A stretch of 64,000 nt of DNA, from positions 16,928,001 through 16,992,000 of the forward strand of contig NC_086109.1 in the NCBI RefSeq assembly GCF_963921235.1. Direction: 5' to 3'. Position 1 is the first letter of the stretch; every line of letters begins with the position of its first letter. The notes beneath the pieces are model-generated. The model was not told the origin of the DNA and did not search any database. It was given only the letters and a program-made list of their open reading frames with translations. The stretch comes from Mobula hypostoma. Its lineage: Eukaryota. The translations under genes and the position numbers were made by a program. Of the stretch, positions 13,060 to 25,922 are shown piece by piece.

Positions 13060-13720
13060 ATTAAATCAAATCAAGTTTATTGCCATTTAACTACCTGCAG
13101 GTATACCATCGAATGAGACAACGTTTCTCCGGACCAGGTTGTAAAGCACAGTAGTGCACGTAACACACATATAACACACCATAACTTACGAAACTAAAGA
13201 TAAAATCTACAGATGAATCATGCATAAATAACAAACTAAAGTGCATAAATTAAATATTGTTCTGTACAGAACAGATTAGCCAGTGACACTCCAAATGAGA
13301 AACAGCAGAGGGTTCAGAAACCTAATGGCCTGATGGAAGAAACTGTTTCCCATCCTGACCATTCTTGCTTTTACGCATCGGAGTTTTCTGCCTGATGGTA
13401 GAAAGTCAAAGAGGATGCCGGATGGATGGGAGGGATCCTTGGTAATACTAAGGGCCCTGTGTACACAGCACTCCTGATAAATGTCCCCAGTAGATGGTAG
13501 GGAGACCTCTATGATCCTCTCAGCCATTCTCACAGTCCTCTGTAGGGACTTCTGGTCCAATGCTCAGCTGTTCCCGTACCAGATGGAGATGCATCTTGTC
13601 AGGTTGCAATGGTGCTACTGTAAAATGCAGTTAAATTGGGGGAAGGGGAGCCTTGTCGTTCCCCTCAGGAAGTGGAGGTGCTGCTGTGTCTTCTTGTTCA
13701 GGGAGGTGATATTAAGGGGC
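13060..13720 (-). mobile_element. Rex1/Babar-like LINE 3' fragment
   Basis: Peptide DQKSLQRTVRMAERII...DPSHPSGILFDFLPSGRKLR...NSFFHQAIRFLN, plus a 3' UTR with AATAAA and a short-repeat tail. Confidence 0.75.
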
Positions 13721-14044
13721 CAGGTTCAGGGAGTCATGAGAAGATCCCACATTACTACTCAAAGGAGAGCAGAGAAACTCGCCCGGTATTTAGACCAGTA
13801 TTCCCTCTCCAACAATCAGAACCAAAACCAAATTAATTTCAAATTCGATTAGAAAATGTTAGAAATAGCCTGCGGGGTCAGGCAACAACTGATTAGAAAG
13901 AAATGGAGTTAACATTTCAATCTGATCCAATTTCATCAGAACAAGTAAGATTGGGAATGATTTCAAGAGATTGCTCCAGGAATTATTTATTCTTCCATCG
14001 TGTGCCAAAACAGTTGTCAGGAATTGAAGTCAAAAATTACAGAT

Positions 14045-15435
14045 AACGACTGCTTTGGTGCTGCTTCATGCATCCATGCTCAGTTCGTCAATTTCATCAA
14101 CTTCCACCCTGCCCTTAAATTAATTTGGTACATTTCTGACACCTCTCTCCCCTTTCTCAATCCGTCTGTCCCCATCTCTGGAGACACACTGTTTACTGAC
14201 ATCTTTCATAAACCTACCAATTCCCATGGCTATCTTGACTATACCCATTCCCACCCTGTAATAATGCTATTTTCATTTCTCAGTCCTTCATCTCCACCAT
14301 ATCCATTCTCAGGATGAGGCTTTCATTTCCAGGACACCAGAGGTGTCTCCTTCTTCAAAGAATGGGGTGTCCCTTTCTCCACCATTGATACAACCCTCGC
14401 CTGCATCTCCTCCATTTCCCAGACACCCACACTCACCCCATCTTCCCACGACTTTAACAGGGATAGACTTCCTCTTGTCTTCACCTACAACCCCGTGAGT
14501 CTCCACATCCAACTCATCGTTCTCCGCAACCTCTGCCATCTTCAACAGGATCCTACCACCAAACACACCTTTACCCCCCCAACCGCTCTCCACTTTCTGC
14601 AGGGATCGTCCCCTCTGTGATTTCCTTGTCCGTTCATCCAACCCCATTATAAATTCCCTCCTGGCAAGTATCCCTGCAAGTGACAGAAATGCTACAACTG
14701 CCCATTCACCTCCTCCCTTATCTCTCCTCATGGCCCCAAACAGTTCTTACAGGTGAGGCAACACTTCATCTAAAAATCTGTTGGGGTGGTCTATTGTATC
14801 TGGTGCTCCTGATGTAGCCTCCTCTACATTGACGATACCCGACATAAACTGGGGGATCGCTTTGTCCAGCACCTCCATTTCATCTCTCAAAAGCAGAAAT
14901 TCCCAGTGGCCATCCATTTTAATTTCCATTCTGACATGTGGGTCCATGGCCTCCTCGTTTGCCATGACGAGACCATCTCAGAGTGGAGTAGCAACACTTT
15001 ATGATCCGTCGAAATAGCCTCCAACCTGATGGCATGAACATCGATGTTTCCTTCCAGTAATTTTTTTTCCTTTCCCCATCTTCTGCTTCTATTCCTCACT
15101 CTGGCCTCTTCCTCTTCTCCTCATCTGCCTACCACCTCTCCCTGGTGCCCCTCCCTCTCCCCTTTCTCCCATAATCCACTCTCCTCTCCAACCAGATTCC
15201 TCTTTTCCAGCCCTTTACCTTTCCCGCCCACCTGGCTTCACCTTATCACCTTTGAACTATCATCCTTCCTCTCCCTCCACCTTTTCAGTCTGGCATCTTC
15301 CCCCTTCCTTTCCAGTCCTGAAGAAGGGTCTCGACTGTTTGTTCATTTTCATGGTTGCCGACTGACCTGCTGAGTTCCTCCAGCATTTTGTGCATGTTGC
15401 TCCGGATTTCCAGCATCAGCAGAATCTCTTGTGTT
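14045..15435 (+). mobile_element. Decayed Penelope-like element (RT C-terminus, GIY-YIG remnant, pyrimidine-rich 3' region, pLTR)
   Basis: Peptide NFHPALKLIWYISDTSLPFL...TDIFHKPTNSHGYLDYTHSHP is typical of Penelope RT thumb regions. The 3' end matches the other copies in the window. Confidence 0.85.
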
Positions 15436-15745
15436 TCTGCACCCCATCCCTGACATTCTCCAGTCTCACAGGTTTAATTTCTAAGTGTTTTCAGTGCTGA
15501 TGAAAGCTCATTGAAATATTAACTCTATTTCTCCCTCCAAAGATGCTTCATGATGAATGGGATATTTTCAACGTTTTTTTAATTTCATACTTTCAACAAA
15601 TTAATGGAGCTTATTGGTTCTATTAGTATTTGTGTTTTTGCAATGTAGAGATTAGAGTCAGGTGGTCATTATTTAGTTCACAGAGTCTCTGTTTACCATC
15701 AAGTTCAGTTACACTGCTCGTAATTCCACTCCAGTCTCTCCAAAG

Positions 15746-17140
15746 CTCAAAGTTCAAAGTAAAGTTTATCACCAGAGTACATACATGTCACCACATACAA
15801 CCCTGAGATCCTTTTTTCTGCTGGAAAACTCAGCAAATCTGTAGAATAGTAACTGTAAACAGGATCAATAAAAGAGCAAGAACATAGAAGACAACAAACT
15901 GTGCAAATGCAACTATAAATAAATAGCAATAAATAACAAGAGCCTGAAATAGCAAGATAAAGAGTCCTTAAAGTGAGTCACCTGTGAGTCGGCTGGGATG
16001 ATATACTGCATCCGGTGCTCCCGATGTGGCCTTCTATATATTGGCAAGACCCGACGCAGACTGGGAGACCGTTTTGCTGAACACCTACTCTCTGTCCGCC
16101 GGAGAAAGCAGGATCTCCCAGTGGCTACACATTTTAATTCCACGTCCCATTCCCATTCTGACATGTCTATCCATGGCCTCCTCTACTGTAAAGATGAAGC
16201 CACACTCAGGTTGGAGGAACAACACCTTATATTACGTCTGGGTAGCCTCTAACCTGATGGCATGAACATTGACTTCTCAAACTTCCACTAATGCCCCACC
16301 TCCCCCTCGTACCCCATCCGTTATTTATTTTTATACACACATTCTTTCTCTCACTCTCCTTTTTCTCCCTCTGTCCCTCTGACTATAACCCTTGCCCATC
16401 CTCTGGGTTCCTCCCCCCCTTTTCCTTCTCCCTGGGCCTCCTGTCCCATGATCCTCTCATATCCCCTTTGCCAATCACCTGTCCAGCTCTTGGCTCCATC
16501 CCTCCCCCTCCTGTCTTCTCCTATCGTTTTGGATCTCCCCCTCCCCCTCCCACTTTCAAATCTCTTACTAACTCTTCCTTCAGTTAGTCTTGACGAAGGG
16601 TCTTGGCCTGAAAAGTCGACTGTACCTCTTCCTAGAGATGCTGCCTGGCCTGCTGCGTTCACCAGCAACTTTGATGTGTGTTGCTTAAAGTGAGGCCGCT
16701 TGTTGTGGGAATATCTCAATAGATGAGCATCGTTATCCTCTTTTGTTCAAGAGCCTGATGGTTGAGGGGTAGTAACTGTTCTTGAACTTGGTGGTACAAA
16801 TCAATCGTAAGGCTCTTGTACTTTCTGCCGCTGGCAGCAGCAAGAAAAGAGCATGACCTGGGTGGTGAGGGCCTTCGACGATGGGATGCTACAACAGTGT
16901 TTCATGTAGATACGCTCAATGGTTGGGAGGGCTTTACTTGTGATGTACTGGGCTAAATCCACTATTCTTTGCAGGAATTTCCATTCAAAGGCCTTGGTAG
17001 TCCCATTCCAGACTGTAATGCAGCCAGTCAGTACACTTTCCACTTCGCATCTATAGAAGTTTGTCAGGGTTTTTGATGTCGTGCCAGTTCTCCACAGACT
17101 CCTCAGTAAATAGAGACGCTGCTATGCTTTCACATCTCCA
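15746..17140 (-). mobile_element. Rex1/Babar-like LINE 3' fragment interrupted by the Penelope insertion
   Basis: Peptide ESVLTGCITVWNG...LQRIVDLAQYITSKALPTIERIY, with a (TTTGAAC)n tail at about 15746. Confidence 0.72.
15978..16683 (+). mobile_element. Young 5'-truncated Penelope-like element with GIY-YIG endonuclease remnant
   Basis: Peptide IYCIRCSRCGLLYIGKTRRRLGDRFAEHL...PVATHFN...LEEQHLILRLGSL. 11-bp TSD CTTAAAGTGAG at 15967-15977 and 16684-16694. Confidence 0.92.
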
Positions 17141-17329
17141 CATGGAAAGTACTTGTGCCGATGGAATAGGTCACTGGCTTGGTTCTTATAAACTTGTGCA
17201 GCGATGTTCAACAGGTTACAGTGAATTAACATCTCTGCCCATTTTCATTTGTACTGAGGTCCGAATAGATGCACATAGCACACAATCTTCAGTACATTGT
17301 TTAGAGATATTCTTCTTTGTGTCTCCTAG

Positions 17330-17400
17330 CTCCCACTGTGGCTCCGTCCAACATTAGTGGGGGAGGTGGAGATCAGCATGAGGTGACAATCCTGTGGGCG
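17330..17400 (+). CDS. CNTN2: Contactin-2 exon (start of FnIII-2, Gly-rich)
   Basis: Acceptor ttctttgtgtctcctag, donor GCG|gtaagt, 71 nt, phase 1-0. Encodes APTVAPSNISGGGGDQHEVTILWA. Not shown in this frame in the ORF track. Confidence 0.93.
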
Positions 17401-19279
17401 GTAAGTAATAAAACCCAGAATAGAATCGACGCAGGGTGGGGTAGGGTACTCAAGCAACAGAAAGAACATCAGAAAGGCTAAATGGAATGCTGACCTGAGC
17501 TTTATATGCCTAAGTAAATGAACAAAGCTTGTTCTTTCTTGCTGACGTAAAGTTTGGGATAAAGGATGCGTGCACACAGCTGGAGAGTTTTTTTTATTCT
17601 GTACAGTTTTAGTCACCCTGTCATTAAGCTGGAAAGGGTGCAAAGAAGATTTATGAGGACATTGCCAGGACTCTGCTATAGGGAGAGGTTGGGCAGGCAA
17701 GGGCATTATTCCTTGGAGCGTAGCAGACGGGTGACCTTATCGATGTGCACCAAACCATTAAAGGCTTAGACAGGCTAAATGTACAAAGTCTTTTACCTAG
17801 GGAAAGAAAACCGATAATTAAAAGGCATAGGTTTAAGGCAAGAGGGGACCTGAGAGGTGACTTCTCAAAGAGTGGTTCACGTATAGAATGACCTGCTGTA
17901 GAAATTAATCGAGGCAGGTGCAATAATGGCATTTAAAAGCTACTTAGATAAGTATATGATATAGAAATGGTTTGGAGGACAAATGTGAGCCAATGGGACT
18001 AGCTTCAATGGGTACCTTTACCAGCATGGACAAGGTAGGATGAAAGACTTTTCTGAACTATTTTACTCCATGATTCTGTGACTCTAAAACATATACAGTT
18101 TGCAAATGATTTAAATGGTTCAGTTTAATATCAGAGAATGTATACAGTATAAACCTGAAATTCTTACTCTACACAGATATCCACAAAACAAGAAACCCCA
18201 CAGAACAATAGAAACATCAGAACCCCAAACACCACCTCGCACACACAAGCAGCAGTGGAAACATCTACCCTCCCCCACACACCAGCAGGAGCCCCGACCC
18301 CTACCCCCACCCACGACCTTGCAAGCAAAAGCCCCCAAAGAGACCTAGATCTAGAATCCATCAAAAACTACAGTCCATAACCCAGCACTTCAGTATCTCA
18401 GACAGGCTCTCCCTCTCCATCGAGGGAGAGACAGGTCGCTCCAGAAACGAGAATGGAGACCAGCAACTCATTGTTCTGCTGTAAGAATCTTCCGCGCCAC
18501 TTCTCTTCCGAACCCAATGGGTTCAGATTCCCTAGCTGCTAACCACCTCATCCTAATCGTGAAAAGATAAATATAAGATTAGCTTTATTTGTCACATGTA
18601 TATCGAAGCACCCCAAAATACAGTGAAGTCACTGGCATTCCAGCACCAACATAGCAACCCAACCATTTACTAATCCAAACTTGTTTGAATTTGGAATGTG
18701 ACAAATGTAAATGTGAAGAACCCGGAGGAAACCCACATACAAACTCCTTACAAACTGCGAATGAGTCCCGATCTTACTGCTGGTGCACTGTAAATCATTA
18801 CGCTAACCGTTATGCTACCATGCACCTTTCTATCCTTCAAAACTATAATCTTCCATTCCTTCTCCCTCCTGTACTTAACTGACTTCACTTCCAAAACATC
18901 TTTGTTATTAACCCAACTCCCCAATGTGATATCAACTTAACATTATATACACTGTCTGAATAAAAGTGTTTCTCCTGAATTCCCCTTTGGACTTTATAGT
19001 AATTATACAGTATAATATGCATGTCCCCTTGTTCTAGTCTCATCCAGGAAAAAACATCTGAGCCGATCTCATCCAAAACCTTTATAATCTTAAACCTCTG
19101 AAGCAGATCACCCTTGCCATTCCTTTTACTGGAGAAGCAGGCACAACCCGTCCAATTTTTGCTGCCTAGTATTAAAAAAAGTTTTGGTCTCAGTGTTCCT
19201 GGGAAGAGGAAACATTTTTATGAGTCTTTAAGTGGAAATTGCTAACAACCATATCATGTACAGCCATAGATAAAGGGAA

Positions 19280-19742
19280 TGAAAGGGTAATGTGTGAGGA
19301 CTGTTTGATGGCTCTGGGCTTTTACTCACTGGAGTTTAGAAGAATGAAGGGGTATCTTCTTGAATCCTCCCGGATACTGGAAAGCTGAGATAGAGTTGGC
19401 ATAGGGAGTATGTTTCCCATAGTCTAGACCAGAGAGCACAGCCTCAGAGAAGGACATCCCTTTAGAACAGGGATGAGGAGGAACCTGTTTATCCAGAGGG
19501 CAGTGAATCTGTGAAATTCAGTGCTACCGAGGACTGTGGACGCCAAGTCATTGGGTATATTTAAAGCTGAGGTTGATACATTCTTGATCAGTAAGGGTGT
19601 CAAAGGCTACAGGGAGAAGGCAAGGGAATGGTGTTGAGAAGGAAAATAAATCAGCCATGACTGAATGGTGGAGCAGATTCAATGAGCCACATGGCCTAAT
19701 TCTGCTCCTACACTATGTCCTTTGTCTTATGGTCTTATGGTT
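19280..19742 (+). mobile_element. CR1 LINE 3' fragment
   Basis: GCTTTACTCACTGGAGTTTAGAAGAATGA...AGAGGGCAGTGAATCTGTG, with a (GTCTTATG)n tail. Confidence 0.82.
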
Positions 19743-19974
19743 GAAGATCATACTTAACTCCGAATAGCCCAGAGAAATCTAGAGTTGAGCATCAGGAAGC
19801 ATGGGCACTTACTTGAGACAGGGAATGGAGTGAGCTGTATGTACTTGTGCAGGGAAGGAACAAACACTCTAGGGGTAACCAGACCCCTGCGGAAGGACAG
19901 CCAGGAAGTGGGGTGTGATTGTAAAGCTGCTCTCTAAGCACTGACATTGCTGTTCCTTGATGGTTTGCATTAAG

Positions 19975-20209
19975 CCCGTGCCTCGTGAGTACCAGAACGG
20001 TGAAGGCTTCGGTTACATCATTACCTTTCGAAAGGAGGGAACAAAAGAGTGGAAAAATGCTGAAGTCCTCGGTGCGGAATCCTCCAGATACGTTTACCAG
20101 AATAACACCATCGCACCGTATAGCCGGTTCGAGGTGAAGGTGAAGGCGTTCAACAACAAGGGACAGGGTCCATACAGCCAGATCATAGTTGTCTACTCTG
20201 CAGAAGAAG
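19975..20209 (+). CDS. CNTN2: Contactin-2 exon (FnIII-2), ending at a GC donor
   Basis: Acceptor gcattaag, donor AAG|gcaagt, 235 nt, phase 0-1. Encodes PVPREYQNGEGFGYIITFRKEG...FEVKVKAFNNKGQGPYSQIIVVYSAEE. Confidence 0.93.
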
Positions 20210-21012
20210 GCAAGTCCAGCGACTACCCCCATTACTGAACTGGACCAGTTATTCCATTCCCCTGCACTCTTTCAATTAGTTCCTTTTCACATATTATTGA
20301 ATTTGCATTTGTCACTCTCTCAGGTGAAGGGGCGGGGGAGATTGGGGATAAAGTGTCTGTTCCTTGAAACTTGCTGGCCAAAAATAAATATTCTCCCCAC
20401 TGGATTTTATTAAGCTTAGGTCCGCTCATTTATGAATGCCAATGGTCTTGCTCACGGAAATTTTTGAGTAAATCACGACATCTCTGCTCCAAGGAGATCA
20501 GCTTCTTCTCGCTTGTGGTTGTTTGTTAAACCTCACTGCATCTTCTACCTACGGCTACTCTAAAGGAGGCCAGTGGGCCCATCACATCCATGCTACCTCC
20601 CAATCATATAATCCCATCAGCCCCATTCCATCACACCCCCTTACTGGGCTGCAGTCTTGCAACATACTGTCTCTCCTTTGAGCGTTTTTGACATTAACCT
20701 AAACTAAACAATGCTTTTTTTTCAACTGAGATGTAGTTCCCAGAATTAGATACTGGGAAAGGGATCTGGATGCAATTTCTCTTGGGTATCTATGGAAGAG
20801 AAATTAATGGATATCAGTAACCCTCCATTTTCTCATCCACCTGCATCTATCAATGAAGGCAGTGAATTTTGGTAATTGCCTAGTTATTCCCTAATCCCCA
20901 ATGAGTTGCTCCAGTAATCTGCTGCCACCCTGCCACAAATTTCCAGCATGTTTCTTCAGCTCTTATTGAATCTGATTTATTTCTGCTTTGTTTTTCTCCT
21001 CCCTGTCTACAG

Positions 21013-21128
21013 AGCCTAGCGTTGCCCCTTCTGAGGTCAAAGCCATCAGCATCTCGTCCTCCGAAATTGAGGTTAGCTGGAAGCCAGTCGGTCAGGTCAC
21101 GATGAATGGTATACTGCTGGGCTATGAG
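21013..21128 (+). CDS. CNTN2: Contactin-2 exon (FnIII-3, first half)
   Basis: Long polypyrimidine tract ending tctacag, donor GAG|gtgagc, 116 nt, phase 1-0. Encodes EPSVAPSEVKAISISSSEIEVSWKPVGQVTMNGILLGYE. Confidence 0.95.
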
Positions 21129-23033
21129 GTGAGCTGTCCTTTTGTCTGTCCTCTGCCTAGCTAGGTTCAAAGTTCAAAGCAAAATTTATTATCAAACTAC
21201 ATACATGTGACCATATACTACCATAAGATTGACTTTCTTCCAGCCATTTATAGGAAAATAAAAAAATACAATAAAATTTACAAAAAAAGCGATACATAAA
21301 GACTGACAAATGAAGTTTATCTGGCCAGCAAAATCTGACTGGCAAGAAAGGCAAAGTATCCAAGAGGCAGAGTCCTCAAAGGACCTCCTGTTGGCTTCTC
21401 TTTCCTCTACAAAACAACATGTCCTGTGAACAAAGTTCTTCCCTTCCCCTAATGTCTCCTTTTTCATCACCAGCACCCAAGTTCATCAGTTTTATTGTGC
21501 TTACTACTCTATTATGGATTTGTTGAGTAAGTGCACAAGAAAATTTATCTCGGGGTTGTATATATGGTGACATAGATGTACTTTGATAATAAGTTTACTT
21601 TAAACTTTGACCTTTTAAGACAGGAATTAAAGAAAGTAGATTTATTTCAAAGATGTTCATTTTATTGAATAAAACATCTTCAGCAACATGTTTTTAAAAA
21701 GTATAGAGTGGGGGGGGGGGTGCAGCATGGTTCAATTCAACAACAATGGTTCAATTCTGCCACTGTCTCTAAGGACTTTGTGCATTTCTCCCATGACCGT
21801 AGGGATTTTCTCCAGGTTCACCCAGGTGTTCTGGTTTCTTCCTGCATTTCAAAGATGTACAGTCACATGGGTCTAACTGGGTGGTGCGTGCTCCTTGGGA
21901 TGGAAGGACCTGCTACCATGCGGTATCTCTAAATAAGTAAATAGGCAAAATGACTGGGAAGAATCGAGCTGAAATTAAATGTGGCTCAATGGATGGCATT
22001 CTCAACTCTGAGTTAGATGATTATGGACTGAAGCTGTACAACAAGAGCTGAGCACCTTGTCTGAGCTAATTCTCCCAGCATAGTGCTGATTGTTTGGATA
22101 AGAAACTAGACTAAGTTCCCATCTGCTCTCTTAGGTGTAAAATCCCACAGCAATGTCTTGTGGGATCATTCTCTCTGCCTTGGCCAATGGTCTTCAACCA
22201 ATGTCACCGAACAGAAGCAATCTGGTCATTAACAATTTACTGTCTGTAGGAATTTCCAGAATGAAAACAAGCTACGGTTTCTCTTCTAACAACTGATTTC
22301 AATGACTGGAGAATACTTTGGATGTGTGGTCTAAGAGTAAAAATTATTGCTCCTAAAGGTGAAGTAAAGCCAAATTTCACCTAGCTACTGCTGTGGGTAT
22401 TCAGTGAGATGCAGAGCACAGAAAGGTTGAGACAAATAGCCTACAGACATCCTCTTCACAAGCTCAGGGAAGGTGATGAATGTCTGCCTTTGACACAGAG
22501 TTATAGGGAGGACATCTCAACCATACATTTGGTCCCATTGACTTCTATGGAGAGATTAGAATAGCTTTATTTAGAGTCATAGAACACTACAGCAGAAAAA
22601 CAGGCCCTTTGGCCCATCTAGTCTGTGATGAACCATTGATTTGCCTAGTCCCATCGACCTGTACCCAGACTATAGCTCTCCATACCCCTCCCATCCATGT
22701 ACTTGTCCAAATTTCTCTTAAGTGTTGAAACTGACCCCACATCCACCACTTGCTCTGGCAGCTCACTCCATACTCTCACCACTCTCTGAGTGAAGACATT
22801 TCAAGTCAAGTCGCTTTTATTGTCATTTCAACAATAACTGCTGGTACAGTACGAAACAACGTTCCTCCAGGACCATGTTTCCCTTGAACATTTCACCTTT
22901 CACCCTTAACCCATGACCTCCAGTTGCAGTCTCACCCAACCTCAGTGGAAGAAGCCTGCTGACATTTGCCCTATCTATACGACGCATATTTGTCACAGGG
23001 ACATCAAAACCCACAGTGAAATGGATTGTTTAA

Positions 23034-23330
23034 ACATAGAAACATAGAAAATAGGTGCAGGAGTAGGCCATTCGGCCCTTCGAGCCTGCACCGCCATTCA
23101 GTATGATCATGGCTGATCATCCAACTCAGAACCCTGTACCTGCCTTCTCTCCATACCCCCGATCCCTTTAGCCACAAGGGCGATATCTAACTCCCTCTTA
23201 AATATAGCCAATGAGCTGGCCTCAACTGTTTCCTGTGGCAGAGAATTCCACAGATTCAGCACTCTCTGTGTGAAGTTTTTCCTCATCTTGGTCCATACAG
23301 GCTTGCCCTTTATCCTTTAACTGTGACCGC
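23034..23330 (-). mobile_element. Young CR1 3' end
   Basis: (AAACATAG)n tail, a CpG-retaining 3' UTR and the CR1 ORF2 terminal motif. Confidence 0.8.
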
Positions 23331-23776
23331 TCGTTTGCAGCAAGTCAAATCAGCGAGGTTCATGCTGGGCAGCCTGCAAGTGCCGTCATGCCTCTGGCGC
23401 CCACACGGCATGCCCGCAACTCACTCGCGTGCATCTGTGGAATACGGCCGGAAACTGGAGCGCGGGAAAGTCAGACAAGCTCCCTGCAGGCAGCAGCAGG
23501 AATCGAACCCTGATCAGCGATCACTGTCAAGCAAGGTGCTAACTGTACACTACCATGCCACCCCCTGAAAACGTAGCGAGGTCCCACCGAGACGTAAAGA
23601 TTGCAGCCAAACACCTATCACCCAATCTACAGAGAGCAAGTTCCCCTCACCCAACCAGAGGTTTGCAGGGATTCTCTTTCAGCTCAGTACTTTCTTGTAA
23701 TACTGTCCATTTTCATTACCCACCCCCCCCCCACCCTTTCCCTCTTATATCTTTCCATCTCCTCCCAACTCCAAAG

Positions 23777-23963
23777 ATCAGGTATTGGAGAGGGAATGAT
23801 AAGGAGGAGTCGGCAGATCGAGTGCGGACCCCGGGTCTAGAAACCACAGCCCGGGTCAGTGGCCTGAAACCCAGTACACTGTACCATGTGGAGGTGAGAG
23901 CCTACAACAGCGCAGGGAGTGGACCCTCCAGCCGGTCTACCACCGTCGTCACCAGGAAAGCCC
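23777..23963 (+). CDS. CNTN2: Contactin-2 exon (FnIII-3, second half)
   Basis: Acceptor actccaaag, donor C|gtgagt, 187 nt, phase 0-1. Encodes [52 protein letters not shown]..., where DKExxADRVRT is CNTN2-like. Confidence 0.95.
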
Positions 23964-24029
23964 GTGAGTATGCCAGACACACCTGAAGTTTGAACTGTTA
24001 AAGAGTATAATAGACAAGCTGCAAGGTAT

Positions 24030-24600
24030 TGTTCTTCAAGATAATTGCGAGAGATTGAGTTCAGAGCCGTGAGGTTAGGCTGCAGCTCTATAAAACCCTC
24101 CGTTCCAGCTACATCACTACAGGAAGGATGTGGAACTGACTTTGGCAATTCTATAGCTTAGAACTTTTACCAGAATGCTGGCAGGACGAGAGGGCATGAA
24201 GATAGGGTGAGCGACCCAGGGCTTTTTTTCTTTGGGCGAAGGACGATGAGAAGAGGCAAAGAACAATTGGATAGCCAGAGACATTTTACCAGGGTGGGAA
24301 TTGCTAATACTGGGGGGGCGGGAGAGGAGGCATTATTTTAAGGTGATTGGAGGAAAGTATGGGGGGGATATCAGAGGTAAGTTACTTACACAGAGAGTGG
24401 TAGGTGCATAGAATGCCCTGCCGGGTGTGATGTCGAGGCAGGTATGTTAGGGGCACTTAAGAAACTCATAAATAGGCACAGATGACAGAAAATGGAGGGC
24501 TATGTTGGAGGGAAAGGTTAGATAGATCTTAGAGAGGGTTAACAGTTCAGCACAACATTGTGGGCTGAAGGGCCTGTAATGTTCTATGTTCTATGTTCTA
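24030..24600 (+). mobile_element. CR1 3' fragment carrying a templated inverted insertion
   Basis: Typical CR1 3' sequence with a (GTTCTAT)n tail. 24135-24164 is the exact reverse complement of 24595-24624. Confidence 0.82.
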
Positions 24601-25399
24601 AGCTATAGAATTGCCAAAGTCAGTATGAGAAACACAGCCACGTCCACAGAACATTGAAGGTCTCGCAAAATGGGCTTCTCTTCCAAGGCCACGAGCCTTG
24701 TTACCTCAGAGTTGTTTTAGTATTTTTAAGCATATAATGGGGTGAAACTTCTCAACCAATACTATAGTCCCCAGGAGGTGCAGATCACCAGCTCTCTGTT
24801 GCCACCTTGTGGGAGCTGGCCAAGTGCATGCAGGAAGCTGTGACCCCGCGTGCCAACTCCCTGCAAGCCTCCCCAGTTTATTTGTAATGCACAAGATGCT
24901 CCTGCCCTAAATTTGAAACCTGGGTGTTGTAAACCTATTGCTATCAGTGTTCCCTTGGGAAACGTGGAAAATAAAGATGTGGCTGTGTGGTTGGTCATCA
25001 CTCAATGCTGACATCATGTTTATGCCACCTCTGCTGGATATTTGTAGTGGCATGGTGGTTTGCATAAACGCTTTACGACACATGACCACCAGCACAGCTT
25101 GGACCGTGTTGGTCATCAACACAAACAACGCATTTCACATATGTTTAAATGTTTTGATTTTATGTGACAGCTAAAAAGAAACTAACCTCTTTAAAATTTG
25201 AATCTATTGAAAGCTGCCATTATAATCACTGATGAGGACTGACCAGGGTGCTTTCAGTGGGATGTGATGACCTTTGAGAGATTTAAGTTTTCTCTCTGGG
25301 GCTGTGGGGAAGCTGAGTTGAGGTGACTTATAGCCAAGGGTCTCAGTCCAAAATGTCGAAGCTCCATTTCCCTCCATACTGCTCAGGTCCTCCGGCATG

Positions 25400-25400
<1 letters not shown>

Positions 25401-25487
<87 letters not shown>

Positions 25488-25505
25488 TGTGTGTGTGTGT
25501 GTGTG
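25401..25505. repeat. (TG)n microsatellite inside a Penelope-derived repeat
   Basis: About 52 units with one interruption at 25480/25481. Confidence 0.97.
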
Positions 25506-25809
25506 CATTGATCCAGATTTCCTGCATCAGCAGACTCTCTTATAACATTTAAGAGACTCTTAGGAACATGCATGAAAGAAAAATGGAGGGATATCTGGGA
25601 GGGAAGTGTTAGATTGATCTTGGAGTAGGTTAAAAAGCTCAGCACAACATCCTCTGCCACAGGGCCTGTCCTGTGCTATACTACTTTAAGTTCAGTGTCC
25701 CTACACTCCCTTGTTGATGTTTAACTCAGCAGAAGCTCCTGATTGTTTTGAAATTTTTGAGTTATCAGGTCACCTGTTTCAAGAAGTTATGGGTCTCTTC
25801 CCTTTACAG

Positions 25810-25922
25810 CTCCAAACCGGCCACCAAGTAAAATCACTTGGAAGGCACACGGCTCCTGGGTCAAGATTAAATGGGACCACGTCAAGGCCTTTGAGAATGA
25901 ATCGACTGTGGATGGATACAAG
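25810..25922 (+). CDS. CNTN2: Contactin-2 exon (FnIII-4, first half)
   Basis: Acceptor ctcttccctttacag, donor AAG|gtgggc, 113 nt, phase 1-0. Encodes PPNRPPSKITWKAHGSWVKIKWDHVKAFENESTVDGYK. Confidence 0.94.

Noticed and set aside
25204..25660. HT-repeat and CV-repeat ORFs
   Set aside because: They are translations of the (TG)n microsatellite.
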